From: a virus
Virus record (IMG/VR): IMGVR_UViG_3300034190_002630
Length of the DNA stretch: 64,000 nt
Strand: one strand, 5' to 3'
Part shown: piece after piece, positions 49,224 to 58,043 of the stretch
How positions within the stretch are numbered: the first letter of the stretch is position 1
How the letters are laid out: each line of letters starts with the position of its first letter
Made by a program: the position numbers and the translations under genes
Notes under the pieces: generated by a model
What the model saw: only the letters and a program-made list of their open reading frames with translations
The model's database searches: none
Told to the model about the DNA's origin: nothing

Positions 49224-50334
49224 ATGGATTTCAATACTTTCAGTATTGTATTTTCTATTTCTGTTACTTTACTCTAACAGTATAGATGCCAGTATTGGAA
49301 ATGTAACCGATCTTAAAGGTAAAGGTGTTATCAAAAGAACAGACGGTGGCGAACTCCAACTTCAAAAGGAGTTAGATGTTTTTTCTTATGATGAAGTCAA
49401 GACAGGGAACGGAAGAACAGGAATTACTTTCGTTGATGACACCACAGTTGAAATTACTGAACATTCAAAATTAATCATAGATGAATTTATCTATGATCCA
49501 GCAAACAAAAAAGGTGGACTTTCTTTAACTGCTGCTTTAGGAACAGTCAAATATGCATCTGGTCAAATTGCAAAAGATTACAGAGATAATGTAAAAATAC
49601 AAACACCAACAGCAACCATCGGTGTTCGTGGTACAGACTTTGCGATGATTGTTGATGAGATTGGTGGATCAACTATTATCTTATTACCAAGTTGTGATAC
49701 AAATGGTAATTGTTTTGTTGGTGAAATATCTGTTGAATCTGATGCAGGTCAAGTTATAATGAATCAAGCATTTCAAGCAACAAGAGTAGAAGCGCCAGAA
49801 ACAAAACCATTCAAACCTATTTCTGTGGATATTGATGAAAGTATGATTTCCAATTTACTTATATTATCACCACCAAGAGAGATTGATGATTTAGAAGCAA
49901 AAGAAGAAGCAAAGAAACGTGCCAATGTTTTAGATATTGATTTTTTAGAAATAGATGCACTGAATGAAGATTTATTAGCAACAACTTCAGAGGATGAAGA
50001 ATTTACAGAATTGGATATTGATTTCCTCAAACAAGATTTTTTAGCAGATATTTTAGATCAGATAAATAAAATACTGGCTCAAGAATTTTTGTCTGAATTG
50101 ACGGATGTTTTTGTTGAGAAAAAACAAAAAACAGGTCAACTTGAAAATGGCGTTATTGTTGTCGATGATGGTAGAAATTTTATTTTTTCAAGACAAGGTC
50201 CAAACAATTTTGTTCGTATCGTGTTAAGTAAAAGATCACAATATGAAATTAATTTAGAACAAACTGATATACAAATCAGAGAATTTATCGTAGGAGAAGG
50301 CAGTGTCAATAATGTCGATATTTATCAGCGTTAG
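49186..50334 (+). CDS. FecR-domain protein
   Basis: N-terminal TM/signal; D.V.TG.G...I.F.D.T.V.I.E.S.L.ID; IQTPTATIGVRGTDF. Confidence 0.8.
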   Translation: MTILILILHKVTKWISILSVLYFLFLLLYSNSIDASIGNVTDLKGKGVIKRTDGGELQLQKELDVFSYDEVKTGNGRTGITFVDDTTVEITEHSKLIIDEFIYDPANKKGGLSLTAALGTVKYASGQIAKDYRDNVKIQTPTATIGVRGTDFAMIVDEIGGSTIILLPSCDTNGNCFVGEISVESDAGQVIMNQAFQATRVEAPETKPFKPISVDIDESMISNLLILSPPREIDDLEAKEEAKKRANVLDIDFLEIDALNEDLLATTSEDEEFTELDIDFLKQDFLADILDQINKILAQEFLSELTDVFVEKKQKTGQLENGVIVVDDGRNFIFSRQGPNNFVRIVLSKRSQYEINLEQTDIQIREFIVGEGSVNNVDIYQR

Positions 50335-51244
50335 TATAGTTTTTTTAAGTGTGCAAACTATAAAGTACGCAAATGCAAACGAAATTTACATAAGTCAAGT
50401 TGGTAATAATCCTACAATAACTATAACGCAAGACGGTGAAAACAATAGAGTTTCTACAAAAAGCACAGCAGCCTCAAATGCTACTTTAGTGGGTAAAAAT
50501 CAAACAATCAATTTTACACAAACAGGCGATAATAATAAGATTGGTCTATACAAACACTATTATGGTTCTGATAATCAAACTGCAAGTAATATGACTGCTA
50601 CACAAACAGGTGATAATCTTGTCATGTACTTAGATAATCACGGTGATAATAATAATTTCACAGCGTCACAAATTCATCAAAACGCAAGCATGGATTTAGA
50701 AATTGATTATGATAACAATGATGTAATAGCAAAACAAATCTGTTCATATTCAACTTGCGACCAAGACATAATGATATTAAACGTAGTTGCAAATGACAAT
50801 GAAATAATAATGGCACAAGGTTATGATGTTTCAAGCACAGGTGTTTTTAGTTATGATTATCAAGAACATGGTGGACATTATATGAATGTTTATATTTCTG
50901 GTGATAATAACAGTTATATTGCAAGTCAAAGAGCAAATAATAATTTAACTGAACATACTAATTATTCTTACATTTATGGTGATAACAATAATATCTTTAT
51001 TAAACAAGAACATAATAATGATAAATCGTTATCTCTAACTGTGAATAATGATTATAATGATGTAGATATTTACCAAAGAAAATCAGGTGGTTCACAATCT
51101 GCTATAATCACTTTAAGTGGAACTTACGGAACGGATTTAGATTTGACTATGGGAACAAATAATACAACAACTGATGGTACATATTCATTATCTCAAAACT
51201 GTCAAACAGTAGGTGGATGTAGTATAAGTGTGACACAACAATGA
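50303..51244 (+). CDS. Second secreted curlin-like repeat protein
   Basis: NEIYISQVG, ITQDGENN, FTQTGDNN, GDNN repeats. Confidence 0.7.
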   Translation: MSIMSIFISVSIVFLSVQTIKYANANEIYISQVGNNPTITITQDGENNRVSTKSTAASNATLVGKNQTINFTQTGDNNKIGLYKHYYGSDNQTASNMTATQTGDNLVMYLDNHGDNNNFTASQIHQNASMDLEIDYDNNDVIAKQICSYSTCDQDIMILNVVANDNEIIMAQGYDVSSTGVFSYDYQEHGGHYMNVYISGDNNSYIASQRANNNLTEHTNYSYIYGDNNNIFIKQEHNNDKSLSLTVNNDYNDVDIYQRKSGGSQSAIITLSGTYGTDLDLTMGTNNTTTDGTYSLSQNCQTVGGCSISVTQQ

Positions 51245-51441
51245 TAAAAATATTTTTAATTGCTATGGTTTTTAATTATGAAACAGAAAAATGGGCCTTT
51301 TTTGATAAACTACCTATAATAGAAATGCCTACTATGAAACAATGTCTGATATATCAAAATGGATTTAATAGAAGATTTATTGAAACAGGAACTAATATCA
51401 GAGCATTTTGTGTAGAAAAAGAACCTGATATTTATATTTAA
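51241..51441 (+). CDS. Hypothetical protein
   Basis: Overlapping start/stop with both neighbours; two Cys. Confidence 0.55.
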   Translation: MIKIFLIAMVFNYETEKWAFFDKLPIIEMPTMKQCLIYQNGFNRRFIETGTNIRAFCVEKEPDIYI

Positions 51442-53279
51442 TGAAAAAAATAATTACTCATTGGACGTTTGCATTTGTTACATTAGTCTTAATTACATTT
51501 TTAGGACTACAAAATCCTCAAATTAAAGAAATTCTTAAACTTAAATCATTCGATTTATTGTTTCAATCTGAAGAAAAAACAATCTCTGAAAATATTGGAA
51601 TCGTTACTATTGATGAAGCATCAATACAAAAATATGGACAATGGCCGTGGAAAAGAGATATTCTTGCAGATTTAATTTACAAATTACGAGAATCAGGTGT
51701 CGGTATCATTATGATGCCAATACTTTTTTCAGAACCTGATCGTTTAGGTGGTGATGATGCGTTTGCACAATCATTAACTAACATGGGAGTTGTTATTGCT
51801 CAAGTAGGAACTACACAAACTAATAAGAATACAGTTCCAAGAGGAGTTGCAAAAGTCGGTAATCCCATTCCTTATCTTTTTGAATGGCCAGGAATGTTAG
51901 GACCTATTCCTAAATTACAAGTTGCAGACGGAGTTGGAGTGATTAATACTGCACCAGAATTAGATGGTGTAGTTAGACGAGTTCCTTTAATAATGAGAAT
52001 CGGAGAGGAAACTTATCCACAAATGGCAATTGAAGTCATTCGTGTTGCAACAGGACAACCAAGTTATCAAGTAAAAGCAAATCAATTTGGAGTTGAGGCA
52101 TTAAGAGTGCCTGGGTTTTCCCCAATCAAAACTGATGTAAATGGAAGAATATGGTTGCGTTGGAATAAAGATTATGAAACAATATCAGCAAGTGAAAATG
52201 ATTTTACAAAATTTGCAGGTCGTACAGTTATTGTAGGAATGACAGCAGAAGGTTTAGGTGGCATCATTGCAACACCTAATGGTGAACAATATGATTATAT
52301 TTTATCGGCATCTACATTAGATACAGTACTTAGTGGTGAATCTGTTGGACGAGTTGATTGGTTGATAGAGACAATTATAGCATTTGTCTTAGGAGCAATC
52401 ATTATTGTTCTTACAAGATTTACATCATACCCTTGGGTTGCCTTTACAATGGTTTCAGGTGTTCTTATATTAATAATACATTGTGCCGTAATCTTTCAAG
52501 AATATCTTTTACTATTCGATATCACATGGATTTTAATTACAATTTTATTTGTTGGATTGCACAGCATATTCAATCGTTTTATTTTAGAATTTAATTTAAA
52601 ACAACAAATACGAAAACAATTTGAAACATACTTAGATCCACGACAAGTTGCAATACTACAAAAAGACCCTAGTAAATTAAAACTTGGTGGTGAAAGAAAA
52701 GAGATGTCATTTCTGTTTATGGATATTGTAGGGTTTACACCAATATCTGAATATTACAAAAACAATGATGACCCAGAAGGTTTAGTAGAAGTTATTAATG
52801 ATTATTTAAATCGTATGACAAAAATTGTTTTAGATAATGGTGGAACAGTGGACAAATACATGGGTGATTGTATTATGGCATTTTGGAATGCACCATTAGA
52901 ATGCCCAAATCATGCTGAGATGGCAGTCAAGACAAGTATTGAATGTGCGATTGAAACTGAAAAACTAAAAGAAGAATTTAAGAAAAAAGGTTTACCAGAA
53001 ATCAATATAGGATCAGGTGTCAATACAGGCACTTGCATTGTTGGTAATATGGGAAGTGACACTAGATTTGATTATTCTGTAATTGGTGATGCTGTTAATT
53101 TGGCTGCACGATTAGAGGCTCAAACTAGGAACTACAAAGATAAGAATGGTAAGGTTGTATCAACACTTTACTCATCTTATACAAAAGAACAACTTACGAA
53201 CATCAAATCAATAGAAGTTGATAAGATTAAAGTAAAAGGAAAGGAAGAATTAATCACTATTTACAAACCAGTGATGTGA
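51441..53279 (+). CDS. CHASE2-domain class III adenylate cyclase
   Basis: IDE.S...YGQWPW.R CHASE2, three TMs, FMDIVGFT, DKYMGDC, DYSVIGDAVNLAARLE, VKGK. Confidence 0.93.
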   Translation: MKKIITHWTFAFVTLVLITFLGLQNPQIKEILKLKSFDLLFQSEEKTISENIGIVTIDEASIQKYGQWPWKRDILADLIYKLRESGVGIIMMPILFSEPDRLGGDDAFAQSLTNMGVVIAQVGTTQTNKNTVPRGVAKVGNPIPYLFEWPGMLGPIPKLQVADGVGVINTAPELDGVVRRVPLIMRIGEETYPQMAIEVIRVATGQPSYQVKANQFGVEALRVPGFSPIKTDVNGRIWLRWNKDYETISASENDFTKFAGRTVIVGMTAEGLGGIIATPNGEQYDYILSASTLDTVLSGESVGRVDWLIETIIAFVLGAIIIVLTRFTSYPWVAFTMVSGVLILIIHCAVIFQEYLLLFDITWILITILFVGLHSIFNRFILEFNLKQQIRKQFETYLDPRQVAILQKDPSKLKLGGERKEMSFLFMDIVGFTPISEYYKNNDDPEGLVEVINDYLNRMTKIVLDNGGTVDKYMGDCIMAFWNAPLECPNHAEMAVKTSIECAIETEKLKEEFKKKGLPEINIGSGVNTGTCIVGNMGSDTRFDYSVIGDAVNLAARLEAQTRNYKDKNGKVVSTLYSSYTKEQLTNIKSIEVDKIKVKGKEELITIYKPVM

Positions 53280-53289
53280 AGGAAATACT

Positions 53290-53430
53290 ATGGCAAGAAT
53301 GATACAAACAAACACAGCATACGAACCTGTCAATAAAAAGACATCTCAAGGACGCAGAAATCTAAAGATGTCATCCATGAATAAAAACAAGAGAAGATCG
53401 TTTAAAAAGTATCGAGGACAGGGAAAATAA
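53290..53430 (+). CDS. 46-aa basic protein (not in ORF track)
   Basis: AAGGA RBS; MARMIQTNTAYEPVNKKTSQGRRNLKMSSMNKNKRRSFKKYRGQGK. Confidence 0.7.
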   Translation: MARMIQTNTAYEPVNKKTSQGRRNLKMSSMNKNKRRSFKKYRGQGK

Positions 53431-53487
53431 CCCCCTAGATATCAAAAAATCCTTATTTTTCGGGCATTTTTTAACCCAAATTAACCC

Positions 53488-53517
53488 TTGACAATATGGT
53501 CAAATACCTGTTATTCT
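53488..53517 (+). promoter_or_regulatory. Sigma70-type early promoter
   Basis: TTGACAATAT...TACCTGtTATTCT, near copy of the promoter at 2107; GAGAGGTA downstream. Confidence 0.75.
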
Positions 53518-53549
53518 GATAATAGATGAACAAAATGAGAGGTAATCAA

Positions 53550-53810
53550 ATGTCTATAGAAATCAAAAAAGGTGACCAAATTGTCGCACATTGGGGTGCC
53601 GGAAGACCTGAACAACGTGGAAAAGTTAAAGTTGTTCATGATGACGGTCATGTGATTGTACGTCTAAGAAATGGACGTATTTCAGAGGATCACTTAGTTC
53701 TTGCAAAAGAATTTATTAGTGATTACTTTTTCAAATGCAGTATCGGTTATCACCATATGCCGACTGCTGAGAAAATCGCAGTTAACTTATTTGATAAGGA
53801 GTATGCATAA
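53550..53810 (+). CDS. Hypothetical early protein
   Basis: ATG 53550 follows GAGAGGT. Confidence 0.65.
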   Translation: MSIEIKKGDQIVAHWGAGRPEQRGKVKVVHDDGHVIVRLRNGRISEDHLVLAKEFISDYFFKCSIGYHHMPTAEKIAVNLFDKEYA

Positions 53811-54236
53811 TTGAGTAAACAAGGAACATTACATTTAGTTTATTGGCGAGAATATAAGGATGATTCTGAAAAGTATGATCCTTATTTCAAAACTTATTAT
53901 ACAATTTTTAGAAACGCACCTTTATCACAACTTGATAGATTGTCGTCTTCTAAATTACATGACAAGATTAAAATATTTTGTGATAAAAATTACAAAGAAG
54001 ATGTAAGTAATTTTACAGGTGTATCTGGTGTAGAAATGATACATGGTTCTGAATATTATCATACTTACAATGATGAGTTTGGAAATGAAGATACACCTTA
54101 TAGTGATTCTGATTTTTACTATGATTATTGTCAATCATATAATGGTAGACAGTTTTTTAAATATGACTTCTTACCTGAATTTACAGAAGAAATGTCACCG
54201 TTCTATGAGAATGGTCAATTTTGTGGGCCAATATAA
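53811..54236 (+). CDS. Hypothetical protein
   Basis: TTG start after AAGGAG. Confidence 0.6.
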   Translation: MSKQGTLHLVYWREYKDDSEKYDPYFKTYYTIFRNAPLSQLDRLSSSKLHDKIKIFCDKNYKEDVSNFTGVSGVEMIHGSEYYHTYNDEFGNEDTPYSDSDFYYDYCQSYNGRQFFKYDFLPEFTEEMSPFYENGQFCGPI

Positions 54237-54238
54237 AA

Positions 54239-54349
54239 ATGTTAAGAGCATTATTTTGGATGGCAATAGGTGCCCTACTAACTTTAGTAGATTACGGAAC
54301 AGTCTTTGAATGGTTGTCTGTAATATTTTCAGTTTTATCAACTAAATAA
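54239..54349 (+). CDS. 36-aa hydrophobic peptide (not in ORF track)
   Basis: MLRALFWMAIGALLTLVDYGTVFEWLSVIFSVLSTK fills the gap exactly. Confidence 0.45.
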   Translation: MLRALFWMAIGALLTLVDYGTVFEWLSVIFSVLSTK

Positions 54350-54364
54350 AATAAAGGAGTAAAC

Positions 54365-54607
54365 TTGAAACAATATAGAAAGAAACCAAACTTTGAAAGG
54401 ACTGAAGGTCTACACGTAATTGTTAGGGATAACAATGTAGATAAGGCCATGAGGAAGTTAAAAAGAATGGTTAAGAATGCTGGGATTCTACAAGAAATAA
54501 AAGAACGACAGTTTTTTCAAAAGCCATCAGAGAAAAAAAGACTTGCTAAAAAAGCAGGTAAAAAAAGGTGGTTAAAAAAAGTTGCACAAATGGAACATGA
54601 GTATTGA
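54365..54607 (+). CDS. rpsU: Ribosomal protein bS21
   Basis: V.VRDNNVDKAMRKLKR....GI..E.K.R.FF.KPSEKKR; AAGGAG RBS, TTG start. Confidence 0.9.
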   Translation: MKQYRKKPNFERTEGLHVIVRDNNVDKAMRKLKRMVKNAGILQEIKERQFFQKPSEKKRLAKKAGKKRWLKKVAQMEHEY

Positions 54608-54776
54608 TGAATACGCAGAATACGAAAAACTAAAACGCAAATCTAGAACTGATAATATGTCAATGAGAGTCAAAGACGTATTACGATTTTTTGATTTGAA
54701 GGAAAAATTTAATGACAGACAACATAATAAAAGGACCGTGGAAAAGAGTGGTGACAATATCACCAGAAGAAAATAG
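54597..54776 (+). CDS. Hypothetical protein
   Basis: Short ORF overlapping neighbours. Confidence 0.45.
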   Translation: MSIDEYAEYEKLKRKSRTDNMSMRVKDVLRFFDLKEKFNDRQHNKRTVEKSGDNITRRK

Positions 54777-55071
54777 TAGGGTTCGTGAAGACATAGAGTT
54801 CGTAGAGGAACTTGCAGAAAGTATCGTGGTTAATGCGATTACAAATTTTCAAGAGAATGGTATTGATGTAACATCTGGCACAATGAAAATGTACATACCA
54901 TTTTTAAATGAATGTGTCAGAGCAGTCTGTTATAAAGATATGGGTTACAAACATATATTAAATGACCTTGTTGAAAAGATTATGACCGAAAAATCTGTTG
55001 ACAATAACTTAGATATATCGTATCATAGCGTTAATATAGATAAAGTAAAAGAATTGACAGAGGATAAATGA
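54712..55071 (+). CDS. Hypothetical protein
   Basis: NIIKGPW N-terminus; AAGGA RBS. Confidence 0.65.
   Translation: MTDNIIKGPWKRVVTISPEENSRVREDIEFVEELAESIVVNAITNFQENGIDVTSGTMKMYIPFLNECVRAVCYKDMGYKHILNDLVEKIMTEKSVDNNLDISYHSVNIDKVKELTEDK
54998..55026 (+). promoter_or_regulatory. Sigma70-type promoter upstream of RNase H
   Basis: TTGACA-17 bp-TATCAT inside the end of the preceding ORF. Confidence 0.55.
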
Positions 55072-55916
55072 TAATACTTGATATGAATCAAATCTCATTG
55101 GCAGGTTTGATGATGCATTTGAATATGGAAAAGACGGATAAACCTGATGTTGGTATGGTTCGTCATATGATACTTAATTCAATACGTATGCATCGTCAAG
55201 AGTTTAATGAAGAGTATGGTGAGATTGTTTTGGCATATGATAGTAAACATTATTGGCGTAGAGATTTTTTTCCACACTATAAACAAAATCGTAGAAAAGC
55301 CAGAAGTAAAGATAGTAAAGATTGGGAATCTATCTTTGAGTGTCTTAATAAAATAAAACAAGAAATAAAAGATTATCTGCCTTACAAAGTAATTGAAGTG
55401 CATGGTGCAGAGGCAGATGATGTCATAGGAACTTTAGCAAAAAAATATCCCGATGAAAAAATTATGATAGTTTCAGGTGATAAAGATTTTATTCAATTAC
55501 AAAAATTTTCTAATGTATCACAATATTCACCTATACTAAAAAAAACTATAAATGGTGAGGACCCAAACGAATATATAAAAGTACATATATTAAAAGGTGA
55601 TTCGTCTGATGGCATTCCGAATGTTTTATCAAATGATAATGTGTTTGTTGAAGGTCTAAGACAAAAACCACTTAGTAAAAAGAAAATAGAAGCATGGAAA
55701 GATGGCAACTTTGATAATACTATGGCAACTGATGAAGTAGTTCGTAATTATAGTCGTAATAAAAATCTTATAGACTTAGAATGTATACCAGTTGATATTC
55801 AAACAAATATTCTCAAAGAATTTTCAGAAGCACCATGTGGCGATAGAAGTAAAATGTTAACTTACTTTATCGAAAATAAACTAAAAGAACTAACTGACTC
55901 AATAGGAGATTTCTAA
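55068..55916 (+). CDS. rnh: T4-type RNase H (5'-3' exonuclease)
   Basis: ILDMNQI, YWRR..FPHYK..R, EADD.IG, SGDKDF.QL, GD.SDGIPN. Confidence 0.93.
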   Translation: MIILDMNQISLAGLMMHLNMEKTDKPDVGMVRHMILNSIRMHRQEFNEEYGEIVLAYDSKHYWRRDFFPHYKQNRRKARSKDSKDWESIFECLNKIKQEIKDYLPYKVIEVHGAEADDVIGTLAKKYPDEKIMIVSGDKDFIQLQKFSNVSQYSPILKKTINGEDPNEYIKVHILKGDSSDGIPNVLSNDNVFVEGLRQKPLSKKKIEAWKDGNFDNTMATDEVVRNYSRNKNLIDLECIPVDIQTNILKEFSEAPCGDRSKMLTYFIENKLKELTDSIGDF

Positions 55917-56392
55917 TGAACAAACCATTACCTGGCACAGTATTGAATTCTAGTAATTCATTATTATTTTCAGAAATACTAGACAAAGTGCATAAAGCAA
56001 AAACAAAAGAAGAAAAAGTAAGAATACTAAAATATCATGATAACCAATCATTAAGAATGGTTATTAAATCATCATTTGATCCTAAAATAGAATGGGTTCT
56101 ACCAGTAGGAGATGTACCATTTAAACCAAACGATGCACCTGCTGGAACTGAACACACAAGATTAGCATCAGAGGCAAAAAAATTATATCACTATATTAAA
56201 GGTGGTGATAATGATACACCACAATACAAAAAAGAACTTATGTTTATACAATTGTTAGAAGGTCTACATGAAACTGAAGCAAAACTTGTTATAAACGCAA
56301 AAGATAAAAAGTTGCATCAGATCTACAAAGGATTATCTAAAGAAGTTGTAAAAGAAGCATTTGGTTGGAATGATGAATTTGCGAAAGCATGA
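55916..56392 (+). CDS. Conserved T4-like hypothetical protein
   Basis: FDP...W.LP.G.VP, E.MFIQLLEGLH..EA. Confidence 0.75.
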   Translation: MNKPLPGTVLNSSNSLLFSEILDKVHKAKTKEEKVRILKYHDNQSLRMVIKSSFDPKIEWVLPVGDVPFKPNDAPAGTEHTRLASEAKKLYHYIKGGDNDTPQYKKELMFIQLLEGLHETEAKLVINAKDKKLHQIYKGLSKEVVKEAFGWNDEFAKA

Positions 56393-56916
56393 GAATAGGT
56401 GAACCATATTTAATTAAACAACCACCATTTAAAATAAATGTAGATGGTGGAAGTAAAGAAGATGCAAAAACAAATGATAGTAGTGGTCATACTGCAAGAA
56501 TATCTGAGATACGTTGGATAAATGATAGACCAACATTAGATAGATTTTTAGAATATACTAAACTGGTTAATAAAGAAGCTGGATGGAATTTTCAAATAGA
56601 TGGCATAGAACCACTACAATATACAGAGTATGGGGCAGGTGGAGAATATGGATGGCATATTGATCAACACACAAAACCATATGCAGATAATCGTATTAGA
56701 AAAATATCATTTTCATTACTTTTGAATGATAATTATGAGGGTGGTGATTTTGACTTAGAATACGGTCATCCTAGTAAAGAATTAAGACATGCGACATTCC
56801 GTCTCGGTAAAAATGAGGCAATATTCTTCAAATCAGATTTTTGGCATCGTGTAAACCCAGTAAAATCGGGCATTCGAAAGAGTCTTGTAGGGTGGATTTT
56901 AGGGAAAAATTATTAA
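56389..56916 (+). CDS. 2OG-Fe(II) oxygenase
   Basis: QYTEY, WHID, RKIS, YEGG, HRV.PV..G.RKSLV.W. Confidence 0.9.
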   Translation: MRIGEPYLIKQPPFKINVDGGSKEDAKTNDSSGHTARISEIRWINDRPTLDRFLEYTKLVNKEAGWNFQIDGIEPLQYTEYGAGGEYGWHIDQHTKPYADNRIRKISFSLLLNDNYEGGDFDLEYGHPSKELRHATFRLGKNEAIFFKSDFWHRVNPVKSGIRKSLVGWILGKNY

Positions 56917-56925
56917 AAATAACCC

Positions 56926-56954
56926 TTGACATATATCTCATTTCGTGGTATTAT
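56926..56954 (+). promoter_or_regulatory. Sigma70-type early promoter
   Basis: TTGACA-17 bp-TATTAT with extended TG; TGAGAGGTA downstream. Confidence 0.8.
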
Positions 56955-56979
56955 ATAGTAAGAATGAGAGGTACTTATT

Positions 56980-57348
56980 ATGCAAACAGTAAATAAATCA
57001 GCAAACACAATCGAAGAAGGATTTGAGTTTCTAAAGGAAGCTGCAATCCAAGATTATAAAGAATTTATCAACAATGAAAATATGATAAAAGAATATGAAG
57101 ACAATATTCAATTAGAAGTTGGTGGTTCTAAATTTTTCAAAATCACTACAGGTAGATCAAATCAGAGATCAGTTTTTGGTTTCATTGTAAAAGAAGATAT
57201 GTTCACACCTGGTGGACAACCTCAGTTTAAGAAAGGTGATATTCTTAAAGCTGCATCATGGAAAGCACCTGCCAAGAACAGAGCAAGAGGTAATGTTCTT
57301 TCAGGTAATTATCCTATTCAATGGACTGGTCCTTTATATTTAAGTTAG
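56980..57348 (+). CDS. Conserved hypothetical early protein
   Basis: GDILKAASWKAPAKN.ARGN motif. Confidence 0.75.
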   Translation: MQTVNKSANTIEEGFEFLKEAAIQDYKEFINNENMIKEYEDNIQLEVGGSKFFKITTGRSNQRSVFGFIVKEDMFTPGGQPQFKKGDILKAASWKAPAKNRARGNVLSGNYPIQWTGPLYLS

Positions 57349-57357
57349 GAGGTGACT

Positions 57358-57441
57358 ATGATTAACGAAACTTTAACAGTATTTGTACATATCGGAATGA
57401 TAGGTTTTACATTATATTTTATAAAAGAGTTATTTTCCTAA
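57358..57441 (+). CDS. 27-aa hydrophobic peptide (not in ORF track)
   Basis: Strong AGGAGGT RBS; MINETLTVFVHIGMIGFTLYFIKELFS. Confidence 0.55.
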   Translation: MINETLTVFVHIGMIGFTLYFIKELFS

Positions 57442-57451
57442 TGAACAGTTT

Positions 57452-57590
57452 GACACTTGCGACCTCTCAACCTCATCATCACAATAGCAAGTGTCGTGGT
57501 CACTATAAATATATGATGAGACAATGTGAATGTGACCCAAAGGGGGTTAACAGTTTTTGTTTAACCCCCAACGCAAATAGGAGAGGTAAG
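57452..57590 (+). ncRNA. Candidate structured RNA / regulatory leader with internal late promoter
   Basis: Three stems (57452-57495, 57498-57537, 57542-57569), anti-SD ACCTCTC in loop 1, 8-nt loop-loop complementarity, TATAAATA at 57504-57511. Confidence 0.6.
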
Positions 57591-58043
57591 ATGAATACTG
57601 TAGATGTAGAGGGTGGCACTAAAAAACAAAGACGACTTGTTGAGAATTTAGTTAATTGGTGTTATAATAGATTGACACCAAGACACAGAACTATTCATGT
57701 TAATGTAGAATTGACTACAGATATCCCTATCGATGGTGAGTGTTCTAGGGGTGGAGAGAGAAACGAGTTTGATATTATAGTTTATAAGAAACTAAAAGAT
57801 GATGATTTTATTACAACAATACTACACGAGATGGTACATGTTATGCAGTATGCAACAGGTAAGATGAAAGATTTAAATAACGAAGGTTCCACAGTTTATT
57901 GGCGAGGATACAATTATTCTAATTATGAGTATCGAAGACAACCGTGGGAAAGACAAGCATATCGATATCAAGAAATATTATTAAGAGAGTGGAAAAAATA
58001 TGTGGGAAGCAATAAATGTTGCCGTTGTGTGTCTAGCACTTAA
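57591..58043 (+). CDS. SprT-like HExxH metallopeptidase-domain protein
   Basis: TILHEMVHVMQ, Y..QPWE.QAY; ATG 57591 follows GGAGAGGT. Confidence 0.75.
   Translation: MNTVDVEGGTKKQRRLVENLVNWCYNRLTPRHRTIHVNVELTTDIPIDGECSRGGERNEFDIIVYKKLKDDDFITTILHEMVHVMQYATGKMKDLNNEGSTVYWRGYNYSNYEYRRQPWERQAYRYQEILLREWKKYVGSNKCCRCVSST

Noticed and set aside
57441-57590. N-terminal 50 codons of ORF 57441..58043 (His/Cys-containing)
   Set aside because: Strong SD precedes ATG 57591 and the upstream part is better explained as structured RNA, although ATG 57441 overlaps the prior stop so read-through cannot be fully excluded
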